The notes under the pieces were generated by a model. That model saw only the letters and a list, made by a program, of their open reading frames with translations. It ran no database searches and was not told the DNA's origin. Positions 40,191 to 51,899 of a DNA stretch of 64,000 bases are shown here, one piece after another. The translations under genes were made by a program, and so were the position numbers. Source of the DNA: Malacoraja senta (taxonomy: Eukaryota); the NCBI GenBank assembly GCA_038087875.1, contig CM075977.1, forward strand, positions 193,440,001 to 193,504,000, read 5' to 3'. Position 1 is the first letter of the stretch. The number at the start of each line of letters is the position of its first letter.

Positions 40191-40214
40191 AAATGTGTTT
40201 TTTTCTTTAATAAA
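40167..40214 (+). terminator. Distal polyadenylation signals (ATTAAA 40167-40172; AATAAA 40209-40214)
   Basis: Hexamers with upstream TGTA motifs and downstream atgtgttttttt / atgtttcttt GU-rich elements. Confidence 0.6.
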
Positions 40215-40619
40215 AATGATGAATGTTTCTTTGAACTAACTGGGTCCCATTCAACCGAGAAACCTGAACACAATTGCCAAATCTTAGTTTTATCAATATC
40301 GACACTGATGCAAGTTAGGTTGCTTAATTAAAACATTAAGTGTTGATTCTCATGCTAAATGAAATCAGAAGGCAAGTACTGAACAAACATTGGATTAATG
40401 CTTACAACCATCTTCCTTTCAAGCCATTGCCAACATCCCAATAAAAATCTTTTGGGCTACATCTAATCTGTCCAAAACCAGATTTAGCATTGAAGTCATT
40501 TTGGTGAGATAAACATATTTGAAGTATCACTGTATCACAGCATCTGATACTGCAGAGATAGACTATCTTAAGATAGACTGAGAAAATGGTGGAACTTAAC
40601 TCATTAAGATCAGTAAAAC

Positions 40620-41230
40620 TTGCTTTTGGTATCTGCATCTACCACTTCCTTTGGCATCGCATTCCAGGCACCTACCTATCTCTGCGTAAAATACGTGCCT
40701 TGTAAATCTCCTTTAAACTTCCCCCCTCTCACCTTTCTCCAATCTAGGCAACTACTAGTGAATCTTTTCTGTACCCTCTCCAATGCCTCCACATTATTCC
40801 TATCGTACGGCAACCAGAACTGCACACAGTGCTCCAAATGAGCCTAATCAAAGCTTTAAAATGCAGCCACCAGAATTCCTGACTTTAATACTCAGTGTTT
40901 GGTCTAATGAAGGCAAACATGCTGTGCATCTTTTTTACCACCCAATCTACTTATGCAACTTCCCAGGAGCTATAGACTTGTATCCTAACATCCCTCTTAA
41001 CATTAATGGTCCTGTCATTTGTCGTATACTTTTCTCTTGCATTTGGTCTTCCAAAATCTACCACCTCATACGTGCTCAGATCAAATTCTATCTTTCCTCT
41101 TTTCTCTGCCCAAATTTCCAACTGGTTTTTCTTCCTGCTGTATCCTTTGACAACGTTCTGCAATTCCGCTAATTGTTGTGCCATCTGCAACCTTACCAAT
41201 CAGACCACCTATGTTTTCAACCAAATCATT
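40620..41230 (-). mobile_element. Decayed CR1 fragment
   Basis: LEIWAEK..FDLSTYEVVDFGRPN..RDVRIQV; accagaactgcacacagtgctccaa. Confidence 0.7.
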
Positions 41231-41262
41231 GAAGTTGGCTTCTCATGTGAGTCATGTAATAT

Positions 41263-41428
41263 CAGTGTATAGAAATGAGCACAACAAATTCAGTGCATAG
41301 AAATGAGCACAACAAATTTACTCGATCAGAAAGCAAACCAAACTTCAATGTGTATTATTGCTGATGAACACAACAAATTTACTTGATCAGAAAGCAAACC
41401 AAACTTCAATGTGTATTATTGCTGATGG
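41263..41428. repeat. Compound tandem duplication (28 bp x2 overlapping ~60 bp x2)
   Basis: cagtg(t/c)atagaaatgagcacaacaaatt x2, then acaacaaatttact..gatcagaaagcaaaccaaacttcaatgtgtattattgctgatg x2. Confidence 0.9.
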
Positions 41429-42409
41429 ACCTGCTGTACAGTTGTGTTATTGTACAAAAGAAATTTACAGGTCAGCTCTAATGGCAGCAACACTACTGCA
41501 ACAGGCGACGACCTGTAGTGACCTCAGCAGCCCAGCCAGCACACAGACTCATTCCAGTCTGGCAGCTTGTTCCATTTTTGCGCTCATTATAAAGTCGATG
41601 AGCAAACTATTCACAAACATATTTTCAATTCATAATGTGTATGCTAAATACCTTCGGCAACTTTTCCAATGCTTTTTTGGGGTGTCGCATCAAGATTCAT
41701 TTTTTTCAAAAGGTGATGTCAGGAATAGTTTCAGTTTAAAATAAGACAGTTTACATGTATATGTTACACACAGAAATTCCACATGAGCTTAACCTAATTA
41801 GTTCCTTCTGTATTGGAAAGAATAGTGTTGGTTCTTACAGCCCATTAGAAAGTACATTTGTTATTTGGAATATGAAATGGAACATTTTTTAGCACTGATT
41901 TCAATGAAATACCAGATCACCACTAAAAGTCATTTAACCAGGCTATGGTGTGTTGAAATGTCGTTGTACTGCCAGAAATATGCCATCATTTTCTACGGAG
42001 CAGCCTGGGGGCTTTTCAAGTGTTGGGGATTTTACTGAGATATCAATTTAATCTTTCAACACGAATATTTACTACACCCCTTCAAAGATTCCAAGTGCTT
42101 CAAGTGTTGAGGGCACTTGTTGAGAGTCTTGACATCTCTGCTACAGATACCCTGTCCCTCTGGATCTTTCGATAATCTATTGTATTTCTGGTTGCCTGTT
42201 TCTGTTGACTCTCCTTCCTCCTCGTCTCATTATTCAGTGAGATTCAATCAACTATGTCTCATTGTTCACTTGGTTTGTTTCTACCACGATACTTCCAGCT
42301 CTTAGTCCATATCATGACCATTTACCTGTGCATCCTCTCTGCGTTTCCTTATATCACCATCTTTCACTGCCTGTTGCTATCTTCATTTACTAGTTTCAGT
42401 TTCTATTCT

Positions 42410-42463
42410 GGGGTGGAAGATTGCAACTTTCACGTGGTCCGCCCTGTTTCGATGAATGCAATC
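42410..42463 (+). ncRNA. Minimal HDV-like ribozyme (catalytic C changed to U in this copy)
   Basis: P1 GGGGUGG/CCGCCCU with G1.U wobble; P2 GAUUGCA/UGCAAUC; P3 ACU/GGU; L3 UUCACGU; P4 reduced to U-UUCG-A; J4/2 UGAA in place of CGAA. Confidence 0.75.
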
Positions 42464-42554
42464 AATGAATGCACAATCAAATAAGATCAAATAGAACAAG
42501 TTGTCCTACAACTTTAGGCTGTGTACGCCATATGCAAGAAAAAGAAGAAGAAGA
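42410..42554 (+). mobile_element. Short Vingi/Ingi-like non-autonomous retroposon with 5' HDV-like ribozyme
   Basis: Flanked by a TATTCT(GG) direct repeat (42404 and 42555). The 3' end is cgccatatgc followed by an (AAG)n tail. The 5' 54 nt fit the HDV double pseudoknot. Confidence 0.7.
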
Positions 42555-43145
42555 TATTCTGGTAAAAGATGCACTGAGAACACATCACATATTATGATTT
42601 GAGCTCAAGAAACCAAATGTTTCCACCACTTTATAATTCTTACAATTTGGAAATATTTAATAAATACTTTTTAAAAAGCTTAACAATTATTAGTCCTAAC
42701 TATCTCAAAACAGCCTTGCAATGCTATATCTATGATGTATTTGAATGATATACATTTTATATGGAATCTTGGATGAGAGACAATTGGCAGTGAATGTTGG
42801 AGTCTCAGTTTCCCTCCTCACATGCAACATTGCAGGATGCAAGGGAAGACACTCTCACTAGTTTTACAGTCTCTCTTAAGAAGCATTCACTCGTGGCACT
42901 TGTGTGATTAACAATTAAAGGAAATGGGGGTGTCCAAATCTACAAAATGAGACGCTCCAAACTGGTGACCTGAGAGAGAAACCATTGATGGGCTTGAGGT
43001 GGATAATCTAACACACTAAGGCAGCTTGCAGAGCTAGAGACCTGGCCCAATGTTAACCTCTCCCCCATCAAATGGCCATAGATCTCCAATTAAATCCTTT
43101 GCTATTTGGCTCAAGCACTCCCCACCCACACACCAGCCACCTCAT

Positions 43146-43580
43146 TGAGTCATAGAGCTATATAGTACAGAAACAGGCCCTTTGGCTCAACTTTTCCATG
43201 CCAACCAAGATGCCTCATCTAACCTAGTCTTACTTGCCTGAGTTTGGTCCATATCCTTCGAAACCTTTCCTATCCATGTACTTGTCCAAATGTCTTAAAT
43301 ATTGTCATTGTGCCTGCCTCAACTGTCTCTTCTGACAGCTCATCCCATATATCCACCCAGCCTATGTGTGGAAAAAGTGCCCATCAGGTTACTATTAAAT
43401 CTTTTACCTACCTCCCAATTTAAATGTAGGCCCTCTAGTCCCTTAATCCCCCATACCCTGGGAAAAAGACTCTTCCCTTTTCACCCTTACTATTCCCCTC
43501 ATGAGTTTGTACACCTCTGTAAGATCACCCTTCAGCCTCCTGCACTCCAAGGAATAAAATCCTACCCTGTTCACCCTTTC
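43146..43580 (-). mobile_element. CR1 3' end
   Basis: gagtcatagagc...gaaacaggccctttggc...aagatcacccttcagcctcc. Confidence 0.8.
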
Positions 43581-45102
43581 CCTAATCTGAGTAAAGAGAC
43601 TTATCTAAAGCTCTTTATTCAATTTGTGTGACTTTTCAGTATTTCTTCTCATTTAAACGATATGTCCAGCAGCACCACTTGGAAATGCCTCTTCAAATTT
43701 AACAACAGCATATCACATTTACTCAAAAAACATTAATTTAAAAAAAATATCTCTGACGCACACTCATTAGTGCAGAGGGAAACAAATGTTTTATGTGTTG
43801 GGGATCCAAAGTTTGTTGTTTAATTATCACTTTGCTACTACACATGATACAATGCTGAAATGTTTGGAACATCCAACCTGCATGGGATACCCATGTTGCA
43901 ATTATAAGTTTTCGATGTTAATTTTTTGAAGGCTCAATAGACATAAGTAACTGGCAATTAAAACTGAATATGCTGGACACATCAGCAAGTTAGGCAGCTT
44001 CAGCAAAGAAAGAGAAAAAGACAAAGTAAACATTTCAGGTCAATAGTGAAAGGTCATCAACCTGAAATGTTCACCTTGTTTCTCTCTCCACTAATGCTGT
44101 CTGATAGGTGGTTATTCACAGCATTAACTATTTTATTTTTTGTAATTCCAGCATCCAGAATATTGCTTTTGTATAGAAAGCTGACAAATTGTTACAAGTA
44201 GGAAGAATTCTATGCTTGCAGTGAGGTAGCAAAGCTAGATGTTTTAAGTAGATCAGGGAGATGGAATCGACGGCCAAGATGCCATTCTTCACATGGGGCT
44301 TCTCCAACTTCTCTTTTTCTCAACCAACTTGCACATCCTTTTTTTCCCTCCATATTGAGCTTCTCTTCAAATGCATCCCTGCAACTTGCCTCAACCACTT
44401 TACTCTCTGGGTAAAGAAGCTTCCACTGAAGTTCTTATTCAATTTATCAGTGGCTATTCTATATTTAAGGTTTCGCCCACAAGTAGAAACATTTTCTCTT
44501 TCAAACCCCTTCAAGTTTTACTGACACTTTTGGTCCTGATGCTGTTTGTGCTAAAAGCAGATTCCAAGGAAAGCTATCTTAAAAAAAATCTCTGCAGTGC
44601 AATGAAAAGGTTAGCCTCCCATGGGCTCAGCAGTTTCAATTAGAGACTGTGGTCATACTGTCAATCAGTGAAGGCTCCTCTGTGTACTTCAAACCAACCT
44701 TGAACCTGAAGAAAAGACGAGGATAAAACAAACTCTAAATAAATCATCCACATCACAGCCCAGAGCGTAATGACATTAAACCCTTCTTACAAGAACAGGT
44801 TAAGAAGACATTTAAATATTTATATTGGGCAATTATGTGGGGAAAATCATAGATTGAATAATAGCTGTTTTTCTACAACATCATTGACTTATGGTATTAC
44901 GGAGCACACACTAATCCAGACCACAAAATGTTTGTATTTATTTTACACTCACTTTTGTTAAAAACATTTGCATTCAGTTTACATTCATCTGTCTTCTTTG
45001 TTCTTTGCATTCTCCAAGACACCAGCATCAACACTAGTTTAACTCTTTTTATTTTATTTTAGTTTTAAGTTATCAATTAATTCTTTGGAGAATCCGGCCT
45101 GT

Positions 45103-47958
45103 TTTATTTGATACATAGATACATAGAAAATAGGTGCAGGAGTAGGCCATTCGGCCCTTCGAGCCTGCTTTATTTTATACATAGATACATAGAAAATAAG
45201 TGCAGGAGTAGGCCATTCGGCCCTTCGAGCCTGCATTCAATATGATCATGGCTGATCATCCAACTCAGTATCCCGAACCTGCCTTCTCTCCATACCCCCT
45301 GATCCCTTTAGCCACAAGGGCCACATCTAACTCCCTCTTAAATATAGCCAATGAACTGGCCTCAACTACCCTCTGTGGCAGAGAGTTCCAGAGATTCACC
45401 ACTCTCTGTGCGAAAAAGTTTTTCCTCATCTCGGTCTTAAAGGATTTCCCCCTTATCCTTAAGCTGTGAGCCCTTGTCCTGGACTTCCCCAACATCGGGA
45501 ACAATCTTCCTGCATCTAGCCTGTCCAACCCCATAAGAATTTTGTACGTTTCTATAAGATCCCCTCTCAATCTCCTAAATTCTAGCGAGTATAAGCCAAG
45601 TCTATCCAGTCTTTCTTCATATGAAAGTCCTGACATCCCAGGAATCAGTCTGGTGAACCTTCTCTGCACTCCCTCTATGGCTATAATGTCCTTCCTCAGA
45701 TTTGGAGACCAAAACTGTACGCAATACTCCAGGTGTGGTCTCACCAAGACCCTGTACAACTGCAGTAGAACCTCCCTGCTCCTATACTCAAATCCTTTTG
45801 CTATGAAAGCTAACATACCATTCGCTTTCTTCACTGCCTGCTGCACCTGCATGCCTACTTTCAATGACTGGTGTACCATGACACCCAGGTCTCGCTGCAT
45901 CTCCCCATTTCCTAATCGGCCACCATTTAGATAATAGTCTGCTTTCCTGTTTTTGCCACCAAAGTGGATAACCTCACATTTATCCACATTATACTGCATC
46001 TGCCAAACATTTGCCCACTCACCCAGCCTATCCAAGTCACCTTGCAGTCTCCTAGCATCCTCCTCACAGCTAACACTGCCCCCCAGCTTAGTGTCATCTG
46101 CAAACTTGGAGATGTTGCCTTCAATTCCCTCATCCAGCTCATTAATATAAATTGTAAATAGCTGGGGTCCCAGCACTGAGCCTTGCGGTACCCCACTAGT
46201 CACTGCCTGTCATTGTGAAAAGGACCCGTTACTCCTACTCTTTGCTTCCTGTTTGCCAGCCAGTTCTCTATCCACATCAATACTGAACCCCCAATACCGT
46301 GTGCTTTAAGTTTGTATACTAATCTCTTATGTGGTACCTTGTCGAAAGCCTTCTGAAAGTCCAGATACAACACATCCACTGGTTCTCCCCTATCCACTCT
46401 ACTAGTTACATCCTCAAAAAATTCTATAAGATTCGTCAGACACGATTTACCTTTCGTAAATCCATGCTGACTTTGTCCAATGATTTCACCACTTTCCAAA
46501 TGTGCTGCTATCCCATCTTTAATAACTGACTCTAGCAGTTTCCCCACTACCGATGTTAGACTAACTGGTCTGTAATTCCCCGTTTTCTCTCTCCCTCCCT
46601 TCTTAAAAAGTGGGGTTACGTTTGCTACCCTCCAATCCTCAGGAACTACTCCAGAATGTAAAGAGTTTTGAAAAATTATCACTAATGCATCCACTATTTC
46701 TGGAGCTACTTCCTTAAGTACTCTGGGATGCAGCCTATCTGGCCCTGGTGATTTATCGGCCTTTAATCCATTCAATTTACCCAACACCACTTCCCGACTA
46801 ACCTGGATTTCACTCAGTTCCTCCATCTCCTTTGACCCGCGGCCCCCTGCTATTTCCGGCAGATTATTTATGTCTTCCTCAGTGAAGACAGAACCAAAGT
46901 AGTTATTCAATTGGTCCGCCATATCCTTGTTCCCCATGATCAATTCACCTGTTTCTGACTGCAAGGGACCTACATTTGTTTTAACTAATCTCTTTCTCTT
47001 CACATATCTATAAAAACTTTTGCAGTCAGTTTTTATGTTCCCTGCCAGTTTTCTTTCATAATCTATTTTCCCTTTCCTAATTAAGCCCTTTGTCCTCCTC
47101 TGCTGGTCTCTGAATTTCTCCCAGTCCTCTGGTATGCTGCTTTTTCTGGCTAATTTGTACGCATCATCTTTTGCTTTGATATGTGGTATGTTGGCCTTCA
47201 TAGCAAAAGGATTTGAGTATAGGAGCAGGGAGGTTCTACTGCAGTTGTACAGGGTCTTGGTGAGACCACACCTGGAGTATTGCGTACAGTTTTGGTCTCC
47301 AAATCTGAGGAAGGACATTATAGCCATAGAGGGAGTGCAGAGAAGGTTCACCAGACTGATTCCTGGGATGTCAGGACTTTCATATGAAGAAAGACTGGAT
47401 AGACTTGGCTTATACTCGCTAGAATTTAGGAGATTGAGAGGGGATCTTATAGAAACGTACAAAATTCTTATGGGGTTGGACAGGCTAGATGCAGGAAGAT
47501 TGTTCCCAATGTTGGGGAAGTCCAGGACAAGGGGTCACAGCTTAAGGATAAGGGGGAAATCCTTTAAGACCGAGATGAGAAAAACTTTTTCACACAGAGA
47601 GTGGTGAATCTCTGGAACTCTCTGCCACAGAGGGTAGTTGAGGCCAGTTCATTGGCTATATTTAAGAGGGAGTTAGATGTGGCCCTTGTGGCTAAGGGGA
47701 TCAGGGGGTATGGAGAGAAGGCAGGTACGGGATACTGAGTTGGATGATCAGCCATGATCATATTGAATGGCGGTGCAGGCTCGAAGGGCCGAATGGCCTA
47801 CTCCTGCACCTATTTTCTATGTATCTATCTATGTATCTATGATACTATCCCTGATTTCCCTTGTTATCCACGGATGCACTACCTTCCCTGATTTATTCTT
47901 TTGCCAAACTGGGATGAACAATTTTTGTAGTTCATCCATGCAGTCTTTAAATGCCTTC
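45103..47958 (-). mobile_element. Young 5'-truncated CR1-clade LINE (ORF2 RT and C-terminus, one frameshift near 46230), interrupted by a nested copy
   Basis: ORFs 46200-47180 and 45265-46203 carry NYRPVSLTS, YLDFQKAFDKVPH, GVPQGSVLGP and FADDTKL. The frame resumes at 47845-47958 (KAFKDCMDELQKLFIPVWQKNKSGKVVHPWITREIRDS|IKAKDDA). 3' stem-loop and (TCTATGTA)n tail at ~45110-45235. Confidence 0.95.
47182..47839 (+). mobile_element. Nested 5'-truncated CR1 copy of the same family, inverted
   Basis: Nearly identical to the reverse complement of ~45178-45820, with its own tctatgtatctat tail. TGATA is duplicated at 47177-47181 and 47840-47844. Confidence 0.9.
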
Positions 47959-48674
47959 TTTATGGCTACAAGGAGCAGCAGATACTGGTTTACAAAAAAG
48001 ACACAAAGTGCTGGAGTAACTCAACGGGTCAGGCAGCATCTCTGGAGAAAATAGTCTGAAGAAAGGTCAGAAGGTCTTGGAGGCTGACTCAGTAAAGGTA
48101 TTTAAAGTGGAGGGAGGTAATTGTTTGAAAGATCAATGAATTGTGGGCTATGAACTGGCACAAAAATGGAGATTAGGCCTGGGGCAAATCAGACAAGATG
48201 GGGGGGTTTGAAGAGGGGCAGATGGCCTTCTCCTGCTGAGACTTTCTGGCGTGCAATCTCCCACTCTCTGCAGACTGTGCATTTAACCCCACAGATCTTT
48301 TTGTTCCTGTAGTCCTGGAATTTAATTTCTTGGAGGAATTATGCCCTTCAGTTTACACCAGCTCTTCTCACTCTTCCTGCCAAAATGAAACACCTCATAT
48401 TTCTCAGCATCAGGTTTCCTTTACCAGTTATCTATCCATCCTATCAGACTTCCGAAACCTCCTGGATTCTGTTACATTCCTCCTCACAGTTTGCTACACC
48501 TCTAGGTGTTGAGTCATCTGCAGTTTTGAAAATCCTGACTGCAAACCCAATTCCGAGTCAATAACATATGTCAGGAAAACAGTTGTTCCAGTACCAACTG
48601 TTGTATACCTCACCACTGTCCACAAAAAACTATCACCATTATTCTGTTTCCTGCAACTTAGGCAGTTTTTAGGT

Positions 48675-48988
48675 TAACTTAGTTTGAAGATACCGAATGG
48701 AAACAGGCCCATCAGCCTACCAAATCCTCGCCGGCTATCAATCACCCGTTCGCGCTCGTTATATATTATCCCACTCTCTCCTCACTAGGAGCAATTTACA
48801 GAGGCCAATTCATATACAAGCCTGCATGTCTTTGGGATGTGGGAGGAAACTGGAGCACCTGGGGGAAACCCATGCGGTCACAGAGGGAATTTGCGTACTC
48901 CACACAGACAGCACACAAAGTCAGGATCGAATCCAGGTCTCTGGCACAGTGAGGCAGCAGCTTTACCAGCTGTACAACTGTGCCGCAC
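48675..48988 (-). mobile_element. V-SINE
   Basis: ggaaacaggccc...gtctttgggatgtgggaggaaactggagcacc...gtgaggcagcagc. Confidence 0.85.
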
Positions 48989-49235
48989 ATTTATCTACAG
49001 CCTCTTTTACACTGTGGTTTCAGTCTTCATGATAAGTCTATAACGTGGCACCTTAACAAATGCCTTTTTGAAGTCTATATACATTCAACCAACTGATGGT
49101 TGGCAGATTATCTGGGAGTCAGCTATTTGCTGATTTCAAATCTGTGTAGCTGTTTCGCATTCTACCGTTTTCAACAAATTACACTGAACTCAATCAGATG
49201 GGGGCCACTACCTATTGGAGAGTAGGAGGGTCATC

Positions 49236-49590
49236 ACTACATGGGACGACAGATGGCGCAATGGGCTAAGTGTTCGGTTGGCAACCGGAAGGTAGCCGGT
49301 TCGAATCCCGCTTGGAGTGCATACTGTCGTTGTGTCCTTGGGCAAGACACTTCACCCACCTTTGCCTGCGTGTGAATGTGTGTGAATGTGTGTGAGTGAT
49401 TGGTGGTGGTCGGAGGGGCCATAGGCGCAGATTAGCAGCCACGCTTCCGTCAGTCTGCCCCAGGGCAGCTGTGGCTACAGAAGTAGCTCACCACCACCGA
49501 GTGTGACTGAGGAGTGAATGAATAATGCGATGTAAAGCGCCTTGAGTATTAGAAAGGCGCTATATAAATCCCATCCATTATTATTATTAT
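49236..49590 (+). mobile_element. tRNA-derived SINE with CORE-like segment and L2-type tail, 27-bp TSD
   Basis: A box TGGCGCAATGG (49254), B box GGTTCGAATCC (49298), gtgtccttgggcaagacactt, tail tgtaaagcgccttgag...aaaggcgctatataaat(ATT)n. TSD at 49209-49235 and 49591-49617. Confidence 0.9.
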
Positions 49591-49653
49591 TACCTATTGG
49601 AGAGTAGGAGGGTCATCGCTGAATTTGCTGACCTAGTACCACTGGTGTTTTCA

Positions 49654-49824
49654 GACAGCATCTCTGGAGAAAAGGAATAGGTGACATTCAGAGTATGAAG
49701 ATGGGTCTCGACCCGAAACATCACCTATTCCTTTTCTCTAGAGATGCTGCCTGACCCGTTGAGTTACTCCAGTATTTTGTGTCTATCTTCAATGTAAACC
49801 AGCATCTGCAGTTCCTTCCAACAC
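49654..49824. mobile_element. Fold-back family copy (asymmetric)
   Basis: cagcatctctggagaaaaggaataggtga / tcacctattccttttctctagagatgctg, with a degenerate core tatgaagatgggtctcgacccgaaacatc. Confidence 0.7.
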
Positions 49825-50678
49825 CACCAGTGATTTCCTTGGACTGTTCCACTAGTGGAGTATAAACTTTCTGGATTCTGCATCAGTGGTGCTAGACAAT
49901 CCACCTGCTGAGTTAAGTGAGACTTGACCCAGGTTCAGCTGTTCTGCCCAGGTGAATGAAGAGAACATGACGCAGAAGGATGAGTATGAGATAATCTATA
50001 CATTTGCTTTGGTGTTTAATTACTTAGAAGTGTTTTTGAAGTGATTTAGTTTGCTTTTTTTTTGTGATTTCAAAATCGGCTAAATTCTTAAATGTAATGA
50101 AATATTTTAACATATTCAATAGTTTACAATATATTTTGTTGCTAAATTGTTTGTCTATAGATTTTAAATATTTCTGAGTATCAAAGATATTGAAATGCAT
50201 TTTAAATCCTTGACAGGTTGGACCATAGGCTAGGCCTACATTTGTTTAAAGTGAATGGACAAATTGATGGGACCGTTGTGCTTGCCTGGTCTATCCCCTC
50301 CCTACACCCACACAGACACACACTAAGTAGGCAGAATTCCCAGCAGGTCTAATCTCCTACAGACCCTGATCGCAGGATTCCCAGCGTGGGGCACCAGGTC
50401 TAAACACACCACGACCATGGAGCAAGGTTCCCTGCATGGATTTCCATTATTTCTGAAAAGTCTATTGATCACTGCCTTGAATATACTCAGTGACTGAACT
50501 TTGCACTGGGTGAGGAATATCTGAGAATTATTACCCTCTGGGTGAAGAAATGCTTTCTTATCTAGGTTCTGATGGCTGAACCTTCATTTTGTGACCTTGA
50601 TGCTCTAGATATTCCAGCATCCTGATCATCAAACACTATCTTGTCAGGTCACTTCAGAGTTAAGTATGTTTCCCCTTA

Positions 50679-51451
50679 TGGGCCTGTCCCACAGACGATT
50701 TTTCAGGCAACTGCCAGCCTGAGACACACATCGCTTCCTTCACCAGCCCGTTATGCAGGCGGGGGACAGGGCAAGCAGGGGGAGCGCTGTCTGAGTGAAA
50801 TTCACACGGTGCAAAGCCAATGTGATACAGACACACACTGCAATGAACAGGAAGGTTGGCGCTGTAATTAAGATGGCTTTAAAGCACAGTTTACGGGAAG
50901 GGTCACGTAAGTCCTTTAAAAGAGGGGGGAGAGGGGGGAGAGGGAGGAGAAGGGGGAGAAGGGGGAAGAAGGAGTGGAGACAACTTTTAAGAAGCCCGAG
51001 ATACACGGCTGTCCGCTGAGCTTCACCTTAATGAAGCTCAGCGGACATTAACAATACCGGTCGGTTATCCTTGGTTCTGAAAACTACTGCTTACGTTTTT
51101 TTTCCCAATGAGCCAATGAAATTCACCAGTCAACACCGGCTACAACCTACAAGAGCCTACGAGAACCTTCGACCTCCTGGCAACCTACTAGGACCTCCTG
51201 GCGACCTACCTACGGCACGGGAATTCTCGCTATTCTCCATGGCGGCTTCATTCTGGTCGCCGCTAATTTTTCAACATGTTGAAAAATTAGTGGCGACCAT
51301 AATGAGGCCGCGACCAGTTCCCAAAATGCGGGAACTCCTCACGACCATGAAGGCGATTCCCCGGCAACCACCCGCAAACATTTGGCGAACATGTGGCGAC
51401 CGCATAGTCTCCTGCAGTCGCCTAAAAAGTCACCTAAGTGGGACAGGCCCA
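50679..51451. mobile_element. PIF/Harbinger-type MITE
   Basis: TIRs TGGGCCTGTCCCAC / GTGGGACAGGCCCA, flanked by TTA and TAA. Confidence 0.8.
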
Positions 51452-51899
51452 TAAGATTGCCCATTCTGCCCCCTCAGAGTGCAGTCTCCCTCATCACAGG
51501 AATCAATCTGGTAAAGCTTTGTTGCCCTCTCTCTATCACAAGTATAATCTTTCTAAGTAGATCAGAAAGAGATCAGCCTGTACATAATATTCAAACTGTG
51601 GTCTCTACATAATAGGACCAAGATGTGTTTACTTGTGTACTCTATTCTCTTGCAATAAAGGCTATGCACCTAATGTCTTTCCAATTGCCTCCTGTATGTG
51701 CATGCTAATTTCCAATGAATCATCTCTCAACAGCTCATAATTTAAAAAAAATACACCGCCTTTCTATTTCATTCTACCAAACTGAAGCACTTTGCAATTT
51801 TCCACATCATATTCTACCTATTGTGCCCTTCCCCATTCATTTAGTCTATCTTTAATCTCTTGAAGCTTTCCTTCATTTTCCTGACAAGTTATATATGCA

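Noticed and set aside
41263-41428. CRISPR-like repeat array
   Set aside because: Eukaryotic DNA, and the repeats are adjacent duplications without unique spacers.
46200-47462. 420-aa ORF as a novel gene
   Set aside because: It is a chimera of the antisense nested CR1 and the host CR1 ORF2.
49246-49320. tRNA gene
   Set aside because: It is the head of a SINE, continuous with the body, tail and TSD.
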